Assembly (NCBI RefSeq): GCF_964213995.1
Contig: NC_135830.1
Span: 9,424,001-9,488,000 of the forward strand
Reading direction: 5' to 3'
DNA length: 64,000 bases
Origin: Mustelus asterias
Taxonomy: Eukaryota
Part shown: piece after piece, positions 10,801 to 21,930 of the stretch
Position numbering within the stretch: the first letter of the stretch is position 1
Layout of the letters: the number at the start of each line of letters is the position of its first letter
Translations under genes and position numbers: made by a program
Notes under the pieces: model-generated
Told to the model about the DNA's origin: nothing
Databases searched by the model: none
The model's input: the letters and a program-made list of their open reading frames with translations, nothing else

Positions 10801-11356
10801 AAACTCGATTTCTTTTGTTGGTCAGTCATGTTTGCAATTCAATATTGTGTATTTCAGATAAGTTCAATTCACGATGATAACATTTATATTAATAAATGTA
10901 CGGATATTAAATATTGACAGAATATGCGCAGTTTAGGTAGATTGGCCATGCTAAACTGCCCCTTAGGTTAGATAGATCATCCAGAGGAAAGCTGTGGTGT
11001 TACGGGGATAGGATGTCAGAGGGTCGGTGCATACTCGTTGGGTCGAATGGCATTTTCTGAACTATAGGGATTCTATGATTCTATGAAACATACACTGAGT
11101 AGAATTGGTTGATACTATTCGAAGGAAGGTGAGAATGATGCATTAATGATTGAGCATAAATCATTGCTCTCTTCGACATTTGACAGATGAAAGATTTTAA
11201 ATTTTGAAGTTCAAGATAAATTGAGACATCCGGTCGGAGGTAACGTTTGTCTTCTTGTATTCAGTGACATGGGCTGCCAGTCTCACCATTAGAACCTGCA
11301 ACAACATAGTGGAGTTAAACATTACAGACAGCCTGATTGCATGGGCTCTGCGATCA

Positions 11357-11430
11357 GCTGCTTCAGTATAGTGGTTATCATGTTCACGTAACACGCGAAA
11401 AGCCCCTGGTTCTAAAACCAGGAAGAAAAA
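11357..11430 (+). pseudogene. tRNA-Val(AAC)-derived pseudogene
   Basis: ..CAGTATAGTGGTTATCATGTTCACGTAACACGCGAAAAGCCCCTGGTTCTAAAACCAGGAAGAAA is colinear with tRNA-Val-AAC. The acceptor stem is broken. Confidence 0.75.
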
Positions 11431-11589
11431 TCAATTGTTTCTCGCTCAGCTTGAGGGACGTTTGTAGAATTTAAATTTCATGCCCAATCTTAATAGACCT
11501 GCTAGCTCCCAGGGATATTTATTTGCTCTGACATGGCCTCAAAATTCATTCATTAAAATTAGAAGTGCTGAATATTCATGGCACAATGA

Positions 11590-12397
11590 GAAGAAAATGT
11601 GAGGTAATGCATTTTGGAAGGTCTAATACAAATAGGAAATATACAGTAATTGGCAGAACCCTTAGGACTATTGATAGTCAGAGAGGTCTGGGTGTACAGG
11701 TACACACGTCACTGAAAGTGGCAACGCAGGTGGAGAAGGTAGTCAAGAAGGCATACGGCATGCTTGCCTGCATCTGCCGGGGCTTTGAGTTTAAATATTC
11801 TCAATTAAGTATTGCAGCTTTATAGAACTTTAGTTAGGTCGCACTTAGAATATAGTGTTCAATCCTGGTCGCCACATTGATAGAAGGATGTGGAGGCTTT
11901 AGAGAGGGTACAGAAAAGATTTCCCAGGATGTTGCCTGGTATGGAGCGCATTAGCTGTGAGGAGGGGTTGGAGAAACTTGGTTTGTTCTCACTGGAATGA
12001 CGGAGGTTGATGAGCGACCCGATAGAAGTCGACAAGATTATGAGGGGCATGGACAGAGTGGATACTCAGAAGCTATTTCCCAGGGTGGAAGAGTCAATTA
12101 CTAGGGGGCATAGGTTTATGCTGTGGGGGGAAAGGTTTAAAGGAGATGTCCGAGGTAATTTGTTTCACAGAGGGTGGTGGGTGCCTGGAACTCGCTGCTC
12201 GGGCAGGCAGTGGAAGCAAATACGATAGCGACTTTTAAGGGGCGTCTTGAGAAATACATGATTAGGATGGGAACAGACGGTTATGGTACCTGGAAGGATA
12301 GGGGGCTTTGGTTCTGTCGGGCAGTGTGGCCGGTGCAGGCTTGGAGGGTAGAAGGGCTGTTTCTGTGCTGGAATTTTCTCTGTTCTTTGTGCTTTGT
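11590..12397 (+). mobile_element. CR1 LINE 3' fragment
   Basis: KCEVMHFGRSN...LGVQVHTSLKVATQVEKVVKKAYGML...; (ttctttgt)-type tail. Confidence 0.9.
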
Positions 12398-13287
12398 AAA
12401 ATGATGTTCCTATTTTCACACCGTGCATATATAGTCGTTGCTTCTTTCAACAATACTGAGTTTATAGACGGAGATAACAAAGTTAATTTCCATCTAAAAC
12501 ATGTCGAACAGTAGCGTGTGCTCAAAGAGAGAGAGACACAATTGATGTTGTAACTGAACTAGAGGAAATGACAGGGGATCCACCTTTTCAAAAAAGATGC
12601 CTTCATGATGGAGAAATGGGGAAAAATATTCAAGACGAGGAATTCGAGATGAAGTGCGGATCTGCCGCTGCCCCTCTTTTCTGATACATTCCTTTGACCC
12701 CCTGATCAAATTTGCAACGCATCAAACATTCTGGCACATTGATACTCACGGCCCAGCAATTGGTATCATTCAAACCGGACCGAATGTGAAGTGGAACACG
12801 GCAAAAACTGGAAACCTGAAATTAAAACAGAAAATGCTGCGTTATTTCAGTAGGCCTGGCAGCATCTATGGTGAGGGAAACAGCGTTCATGTTTCAAGTT
12901 CTGGGGGTTGACGGTCGACGCGGACACGATGGCCGATGGGCCGAATGGCCTCTCCCGTACTGTAAAACTCTGTGTCTCTCTGAATCGTTTTCGGAGCTGG
13001 CCAGCAAAAACTAACTCCGCCACCTGCGCCACAAACAAATCAAAACACCTATTTTCGACAAAACGAAGCAAAGGGGTTGCCTACGATTTGAATGAGGGAA
13101 CCTCTCGCGTGCCCACCAGTTGAAACATCCGAAGCGGGAAGAATATTCCTGGAGCTACGACCCGACACATGAACATTGTTGACCGGAATATAACACATTT
13201 GTTTCAATTCAAAGAAGCCCAACCATCTCTGGTAAAAGCTGAAATTGTTGAAAAGGCTCAGCACACAATATTTGCGGGCTGAATGAT

Positions 13288-13782
13288 CATAGAACCATAG
13301 AACCATAGAAAATTACAGCTCAGAAACAGGCCTTTTGGCCCTTCTTGTCTGTGCCGAACCACTGACCTGCACTTGGACCATATACCTCCACACCCTCTCA
13401 TCCATGAACACGTCCAAGTTTTTCTTAAATGTTAAAAGTTTACCACTTTATCCGGCAGCTCATTCCACACTCCCACCACTCTCTGCGTGAAGAAGCCCCC
13501 CCTAATATTCCCTTTAAACTTTTCTCCTTTCACCCTTAACCCATGCCCTCTGGTTTTTTTCTCCCCTAGCCTCAGCGGGAAAAGCCTGCTTGCATTCACT
13601 CTATCTATACCCATCAAAATCTTATACACCTTTATCAAATCTCCCCTCAATCTTCTACGCTCCAGGGAATAAAGTCCCAACCTATTCAATCTCTCTCTGT
13701 AACTCAGCTTCTCAAGTCCCGGCAACATCCTTGTGAACCTTCTCTGCACTCTTTCAACCTTATTTACATCCTTCCTGTAACT
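13288..13782 (-). mobile_element. CR1 LINE 3' fragment (young)
   Basis: YRKDVNKVERVQRRFTRMLPGLEKLSYRERLNRLGLYSLERRRLRGDLIKVYKI; (ctatggtt)n tail at about 13288-13310. Confidence 0.92.
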
Positions 13783-14259
13783 ACCTGAAAAGTAACAAGA
13801 ATGCTTGACTGTGGGTATGGAGTGTGTTGGATTAATTGCTCCTTTCGCGGGCCAGCACATACACGACAGTTCAAACGGTCTTATTCTACATTATTCTATT
13901 CTTTGTTGACAGGGAGGCAATGGCATAGTGGTATTATCACTGGGCTGGTTATTCTAAGATAATTCCCTTATAATGTTGTCGTCCATCAGTTTGAATCCCA
14001 CAGAAGATCGTGAGATTCAAACATGCAATTAAAATTTGGAATTTAAAGTGAGTTGCTGTAATGTTGGCCTATTGTCCTGAAGAAAACATCCTAGCTGACG
14101 CCCTGTATGGATGGAGAACTTCCATCTATTTCAAGTGTGTCTCCAGGCGCACAAAAATACCATCTGAAATGGCCTAGAAAGCTAATAAATTCATCGTAGA
14201 TCCCATGAAGCAGCAAATCAAATTGACATTTTCGCAACATCTGCAATAGCAAACTGTGT

Positions 14260-14275
14260 CCATTAGATGGCAGTG
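14260..14275 (+). promoter_or_regulatory. Candidate CTCF-binding motif
   Basis: CCATTAGATGGCAGTG, close to the CTCF core consensus. Confidence 0.45.
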
Positions 14276-14299
14276 AAACTGATTGCTGACGTTAGATGA

Positions 14300-17200
14300 A
14301 ACAGAGATTGTCTCAATTATTACTGCAATGGACTCGGTGTCTGCTCACCTTTAATTAGACACAGTCTCTGTTTATATGACACGGAATCATATTTCTGATT
14401 ATATGACAGCAGTTCTCAGTCGTTTCTGTACTCGGCAAAATCGTTATTATACTTAAGCAACCCTCAATTGATGTGCGGCAGCATAGAATTAAATCTTAAC
14501 TAATATCATAAAACTCCATGTCTAACTTGTTACCTGACTAGACCCTGTTTCTTCTGACGCTGCACCAGAGCATGTTACTGTTTGCATTACACGAGGCTCT
14601 GTCTCAGTTGTTACATTGCTGGAACCTGCCACATATACACTAAACTAGATCCCATCTCAATCATCGCTGCACCAGTCCATCTCCCTGTTTATAACAAAAC
14701 ACATCCTGTCTGTGTTACTATTGTGTTATGTTATGTTTATTTTATTGCTGCACCTGTCCCTGTCACAGCTGATATTAATCTAAGGCCTTGGTCTACAATT
14801 ACTGCTGATGTGGAGATGCCGGCGTTGGACTGGGGTAAACACAGTAAGAAGTTTAACAACACCAGGTTAAAGTCCAACAGGTTTATTTGGTAGCAAAAGC
14901 CACACAAGCTTTCGAGGCTCTGAGCCCCTTCTTCAGGTGAGTGGGAATTCTGTTCACAAACAGAACTTATAAAGACACAGACTCAATTTACATGAATAAT
15001 GGTTGGAATGCGAATACTTACAACTAATCCAGTCTTTAAGAAACAAAACAATGGGAGTGGAGAGAGCATCAAGTCAGGCTAAAAAGATGTGTATTGTCTC
15101 CAGACAAGACAGCCAGTGAAACTCTGCAGGTCCACGCAACTGTGGGAGTTACAAATAGTGTGACATAAATTCTGATTCTAGGATCGCATGATAAAGACTC
15201 AGCTTCCTAAATTCTGATTCTAGGATCGCATGATAAAGACTCAGGAGGAAAAAAGCAGAAATATTTATGTGAAATAGTGTGACATAAACCCAATATCCCG
15301 GTTGAGGCCGTCCTTGTGTGTGCGGAACCTGGCTATCAGTTTCTGCTCAGCGACTCTGCGCTGTCGTGTGTCGCGAAGGCCGCCTTGGAGAACGCTTACC
15401 CGAATATCAGAGGCCGAATGCCCGTGACCGCTGAAGTGCTCCCCAACAGGAAGAGAACAGTCTTGCCTGGTGATTGTCGAGCGGTGTTCATTCATCCGTT
15501 GTCGCAGCGTCTGCATAGTTTCCCCAATGTACCATGCCTCGGGACATCCTTTCTTGCAGCGTATCAGGTAGACAACGTTGGCCGAGTTGCAAGAGTATGT
15601 ACCGTGTACCTGGTGGATGGTGTTCTCACGTGAGATGATGGCATCTGTGTCGATGATCCGGCACGTCTTGCAGAGGTTGCTGTGGCAGGGTTGTGTGGTG
15701 TCTTGGTCACTGTTCTCCTGAAGGCTGGGTAGTTTGCTGCGGACAATGGTCTGTTTGAGGTTGTGCGGTTGTTTGAAGGCAAGAAGTGGGGGTGTGGGGA
15801 TGGCCTTGGCGAGATGTTCGTCTTCATCAATGACATGTTGAAGGCTCCGGAGGAGATGCCGCCAGGCTTTACTGCGCCAGGCTTTGTCTCAGTTTCTATG
15901 ATAGAATGTCTGGAATCGGATAAAATTACACCAGGCCCTGTGTCAGTTTAATTACGCTGGATCTCCTCTCCATTATTATTACGTTAGACCAGACCCCTCT
16001 TCACTTTCTAAAAATAGTGTCTCAATTATTACTGTACTCATCATTGCCTCACTTGTCATTCCACTGAGCGACATCTCAATTCATATCACATTATATCATG
16101 TCTCTGTTTATGTTCCGGTCGTGCCTATTTTAGTCTACGTTACACTCGAATCTGACTCAGTTTATATTACTGTAGAAACTGCCTTTATATATATTAGAAT
16201 AGATCTTGCCTTTTCACATCTGCTTGCAACATCTCTCTATTTCTGTTACAGAAGACCATGCTCGTTATTAATACCCTAGATCCACTCTCAGTAAGTACTA
16301 AACTGGACCCTGTCCCTGCACATATTAGCATCGTTGCTGCACAATAATTGGTGCACTCGGCCTTGTCTCTGTATGACTGCAGAAAAGCCAGTCCCAGTAT
16401 ATATTAAAATGGATCATGTCTATCAAATATCGCATCAGTTCTTGTCTTAAATATTTGACTGTTTATTTATTTTAAATGTTCTAATTTCTTAGAACCCTCT
16501 ATGGAGAAAATTCACTTTTCTTTTTACATTTTCCTTTTAGTTGTCCCAATGATAAACTTCATTCATCTCTGGCTTCCGTGAATGTATGAAACTCCTAAAC
16601 AGCTCATGTATTTGAATTGAAGATTATGTGATGCTTTAATTATTAGCTGGTAATAGTTCTGTTATGTATTCTTGTTTATTAAGTGCCGGATAAAGTCAGA
16701 GGTCAGTTGGAAAATGGATTAAAACACATCACGAATGATAAGCATATTACTGGAAAATGATAATCTCTGCATCTCACACAAGTCCCTGCTATAAACCTCG
16801 AAGGTGTGCTGATTTGTGCAAATTATGGCAAACGTTAGCCTGTCCCTATACCTGACAGGAGATGAACACACCTGTAATTCTCAGACTTCATAATCCAAGT
16901 AATGTAACGGATTGAAACTGCTGTTCTTCAGAGAATGTTCAATATTTCTCTTTCTGTAGTTTTTAGCCGCTATCTTCACCAATTCCATGGTAATCGCCCT
17001 ATTTTTGTTTGACTGGACTTTCTGCAAGTTGTATGATCTAGAAAATCTAATGTAATATGAGTCAGAGCCAGGTATATCATAAGGAGAGACCAGACATTAT
17101 GTATTAAATAGGGATATTGGTTGATGAACATGGACTGTTCAAGAAGGCAGCTTATCAACACTTTCTCAAGGGCAATTAGGGACCTAAGCACACCATCCCA

Positions 17201-17870
17201 CCAATGGTTAAAAATACAGCAGTCATGACAGGGACAGAATCTGGTCAAATATAGGCGGATGCGCTGATGATACAAAGAAAACATTAATCGGCTGTGAGAA
17301 TAATATGAATCAAAATATGGACCAGATAGGAATGAGAGGGACAGGACCTGAAATAACATTAGAATAAACAGTTAGTTGTTTGATCACTTTGTACAATATT
17401 AACTGGGAGGTGTCAAATGTAACAATATTAGAGAACGTTTTTTTAAAATTCCGAACTGAATGAGTAATGGTTTCCAAGAATTACCATGGAGAATTAAAGC
17501 ATTGAAATGTGGATGACGGGCGCTATTATAGCAACGATTACAATCAATCTTAATGTATAACACGCAATAAAATTAGCAAATCAATACTTAATTGAGTTTA
17601 AGAAATGCAGTGCTTGGTGTAATTTTAACAGAAACAATGTGCAGTATTTTACTGAACACATAACTGGGTCGATTCTGATGATGACACAGTCAGTTTCTGC
17701 TGCACACTGTCAAAGGTCTGTTTGAAATAATCGTGAGTGAGAGACAGCGCCTATTGATATGCTAACAAATGCTTTGTTTAATTCTTAATAACAGAGCCAA
17801 GTGCCATTGCAATATGGTCAGGAAAGAGTTAGTGCAATCATACTGACAGGGTCTAGTGTCAGGACAGCTA
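14300..17870. repeat. Decayed ~27-bp tandem arrays: + orientation about 14300-16450, - orientation about 17500-17870
   Basis: Recurring ACTAGACCCTGTCTCAGT-like units (actagaccctgttt, acgaggctctgtctcagtt, actagatcccatctcaat). The reverse form actgacagggtctagtg occurs at about 17842. Confidence 0.5.
14806..15862 (-). mobile_element. Penelope-like element 3' portion (GIY-YIG endonuclease plus 3' repeat with hammerhead)
   Basis: ..NVVYLIRCKKGCPEAWYIGETMQTLRQRMNEHRSTITRQDCSLPVGEHFSGHGHSASDIRVSVLQGG..EQKLIARFRTHKDGLNRD (VY..YIG GIY-YIG signature). Hammerhead motif at 14903-14939. Confidence 0.9.
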
Positions 17871-19544
17871 CAACACAAACTTCTGGAAATACTCTGCGTC
17901 TCAGACAGGATCTGAGGAGAGAAACAGTGAACGTTTTAAACTAAATGTTGACGATGAATCAGTCTCCAAAACCCATAATGTAAGGGTGCAAAGGATAAGA
18001 ATATGTGAAAAACAAACGTATTTTCCTTCTGCTGTGTGACGTGTTGAGTCTTTCTCAGCACATTACATTTAGGTTTCAGATTTTCAGCGTCTGTGGCAGG
18101 TTACATTTGTAATTGTGCAATAGGAACTGGGAACAGACCAGATCGACACTGACTAACTGCAGTCACACAGACTCCTCGGAATGATTTGGGTTCAAGTCTG
18201 AGTTCAGAGTATTGACCACATAATAAAGGCCAATGTTCACGATGATATTTCATATTCAATTTCTTTCTGTTTCTTTTATCTGTTATTTTCTTCGACTCAG
18301 AATGGGTGAGAGAGCTGAAGAAGAGAGAAACTCTCGACATTTCTCCTTCCAACGATGGACGCCTTCCTGTGATCTTATCACTCTTTTGACGTTTGGTACA
18401 GAAATGATGCTTGGACAATGATATAAACGAACCATCCAGATAGTCCTATTCTCGACAAGACATCAAATTTAAACATCATCAAGTGTTTATCTAATTCAAT
18501 TTAGAAAGTTACTGTCAAATCTGATTCCCTCACCCTTTCAGGCTGCTCATTCCAGTTCATGTCAACTCGTTGTGTAAAAGTAAACAATTATTCTTCTAAC
18601 GTCATCTGTCTAATAACCTGTGCACACTGGTTAGCGACACTCCTGCCACTCACACCTTAATGATTTTGAAAACTTTAATTATATGGACTGACAGGGAGAT
18701 GAAGAGAGATACCAGGAGAGATAGGAAAATTAAAATGAGAAATAGAGACAGGGTGCTGGCAGTTAAAAGCTGAGAACCATAAAAGAGAATGTAACAGAGA
18801 GAGAGAGAGAAATGATAGAAAAATGTGTAAATTAGCAAGATCTCATTTCTCGCCTCAGAGAACGAAGGGAGCTCAGTGACTGATCCACTGACCATGCAGT
18901 TATGTGCTGGAATGGAAGCTCTAAACAGATCACAACAGGCTAATCTGTAAATGTCACCCCAATGTGACCTATGTGACACTGCCGTGACTGAAGACAGATA
19001 TAGGCCGCCTTGACAGATGTTCTCACCAGATTGTGGTCCATGGATTTATTTTTTTCTCAGAAGTGAGATATACGGTTTGCAACAGAGGAACAGGAAGATG
19101 TGTCACCTGGGAACGAAAGAGCCGGGGTCAGTTTGATGTTATCGCCGTGAACAGACTTCCTGCCTGTGAGGGTGAACTCACTCTGACAGCATCGAGAACA
19201 ACCGCACAGAATGCTGCCGGTCTCAGCATTACATTCACCTCCATTCCCATTTCAATGTGTAAAAGAAATGAAAATAGTTTGGTTTTTAGCACAGTAATTG
19301 AAGGAGAGATGGACTGACGATTATGAGTGGGAGAAAAATCGGAAAATTAAAGGAATGGTTTTTCCCACAGAGTGCTCTTCTGAAATACAAAAATTTGAGT
19401 GTGAGATGTTTATTGTGAGAAATGTTTCTTCATATGAGAGGGTAGCGAACCTGTGGAATGCTCCAGAGCAGAATGGTGTGGATGCAATAGAACAAAGCAC
19501 AATACAGGACAGGAACAGGCCCTTCACCCCACTAAGTTTGTGCC

Positions 19545-19880
19545 GACACGGTAGCACAGTGGTTAGCACTGCTGCTTCACAGCTCCAGGGTCCCGGGTTC
19601 GATTCCCGGCTCGGGTCACTGTCTGTGTGGAGTTTGCACATTCTCCTCGTGTCTGCGTGGGTTTCCTCCGGGTGCTCCGGTTTCCTCCCACAGTCCAAAG
19701 ATGTGCGGGTTAGGTTGATTGGCCAGGTTAAAAATTGTCCCTTAGAGTCCTGGGATGCGTAGGTTAGAGGGATTAGCGGGTAAAAATATGTGGGGGTAGG
19801 GCCTGGGTGGGATTGTGGTCGGTGCAGACTCGATGGGCCGAATGGCCTCCTTCTGCACTGTAGGGTTTCTATGTTTCTAT
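19545..19880 (+). mobile_element. HE1-like V-SINE (young, full length), nested in a minus-strand CR1 3' remnant (about 19490-20260)
   Basis: Head cacggtagcacagtggttagcactgctgcttcacagc; tail gtttctatgtttctatg. Confidence 0.92.
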
Positions 19881-21176
19881 GTAATCAAATATTTTGTTGC
19901 CTCTAGATGGTCCATATCCCTCTATTCCCCGCTTATTCATGTATCTCTGTGGGTACCTCTTCAACTTTTGTTCTAGATTCTGATTCCACCGCCTCCTCCT
20001 ACAGACAGTTCCAAGCATTCACCATCCTCCACGTGAAAAATTTGCCCCTTTCATTTTTTTTAAACTTACCCCCTCTCACTCTCATCTTATGACTCTGACG
20101 ATCCATTCTATCCAAGCCTTTCATAATCTTGTAAACATCTATCAGTTACGCACCCACCCCCACCCCACTCCCTCCTCCTCCCATCCTTCGGCGCTCCAAT
20201 GAAAACAATCCAACTTTGTTCAACTTTTCTTCATAGATCATATCCTCCAAACCAAGCATTGTCGTTGTCTCTTAACTACCGAAGAAACCATTCTATTCTT
20301 TCAAATTTGCTGCAGAAATTCAAACAAGAATAAAACCGATGACAGGGCAGGTTTTCAGTAGCTGGTTCACAGCCACCTTCTCAGGGTGGGCAATTAATGG
20401 TGAATTTTTCAGTGATGCTGACATCCCGAGAATAAATAAAACAGAGCAAAATACTGCAGATTCTTGAAATCTGAAACAAAAACAACAAAATGGATACTGA
20501 GCAGGTCAGTGGGGATCAGCTGAGAGAGAAACAGATTCGCATTTCAGGTCGATGATAGAATGCAAAATCTCACTGATGTAATTCTAAAGAGCAGAACTCG
20601 ACGCACCGAGGGGAATCCTGAAGAAAATGACTGGGTTGTTGGGTCTTGCAGTGGCCCAGATTCCTAAAGAGACGTGTAGAATTTTGAACTCCAGAATTCT
20701 TGCTCTCCTGCAATCCATCCCTCAGGATAAAGCCTGTAGAAAGGACACTGTCAGACCATCAATGAACGGTTTTACTTGGTGAAATCGGAGCATGATGCTC
20801 AAAAACCAGAAGACAAAATCAACTGAGGGCAGATGGAGGAAGGGATTTCATAGGTTGAGAATTAACTTTATTTGTCATATAAAATAGCCATGTGGAAACC
20901 TTGTCAACAATTAATAGAAGAAATCCCTTACAATCAATTTGTATTGCCACTTTAAACTTTATGCAAATTGCATTGCTTTATTTGGTAAATCAAACAGTCT
21001 GTTCTATCAATTATAATCTGTATGGATGTTATTAAAATGAATCTCAGAATGAAAATATCCTCTGCCAATATATATTCTTCAATAAAAATCACAATTTATT
21101 TGGTCAGAGATGTGTGGGAGCTTGCTGTGCACAGATTACCTGCTGTATTTCCAACATCACGACTGTGACTAAATTC

Positions 21177-21930
21177 TCTAAAGGTAAACTTGCAGGTTGA
21201 GTCCGTAATTAAGAATTTAGTCACAACTTGCAGGTTGTGACTAAATTCTCTAAAGGTAAACTTGCAGGTTGAGTCCGTAATTAAGAAAGCAAATGTAATG
21301 TTGTCATTTATCTCAAGAGGCTTGGAATACAAAAGCAGGGATGTACTTCTGAGGCTTTATAAAGCACTGGTTAGGCCCCATTTGGAGTACTGTGAGCAAT
21401 TTTGGGCCCCACACCTCAGGAAGGACATACTGGCACTGGAGCGGGTCCAGCGGAGATTCACACGGATGATCCCAGGAATGGTAGGCCTGACATACGATGA
21501 ACGTCTGAGGATCGTGGGATTATATTCATTGGAGTTTAGGAGGTTGAGGGGAGATCTGATAGAAACTTACAAGATAATGAACGGCTTAGATAGGATGGAC
21601 GTAGGGAAGTTGTTTCCATTAACAGGGGAGACTAGGACGCGGGGGCACAGCCTTAGAATAAAAGGGAGTCACTTTAGAACAGAGATGAGGAGAAATTTCT
21701 TCAGCCAGAGAGTGGTGGGTCTGTGGAATTCATTGCCACAGAGGGCTGTGGAGGCCGAGACGTTGAGCGTCTTCAAGACAGAAATTGATAAATTCTTGAT
21801 TTCTCGAGGAATTAAGGGCTATGGGGAGAGAGCGGGTAAATGGAGTTGAAATCAACCATGATTGAATGGTGGAGTGGACTCGATGGGCCGAATGGCCTTA
21901 CTTCCGCTCCTATGTCTTATGGTCTTATGG
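21177..21930 (+). mobile_element. Young 5'-truncated CR1 LINE with TSD TAAATTC
   Basis: Open 195-aa C-terminal ORF (LYKALVRPHLEYCEQFWAP...ERVQRRFTRM) and a (tcttatgg)n tail. TSD at 21170-21176 / 21931-21937. The paralog at about 35499 is an empty site. Confidence 0.93.

Noticed and set aside
19555-19600. CACAGTG within SINE heads, and SINE heads as tRNA genes
   Set aside because: Part of the SINE A box in every copy, with no nonamer, and followed by the SINE core.
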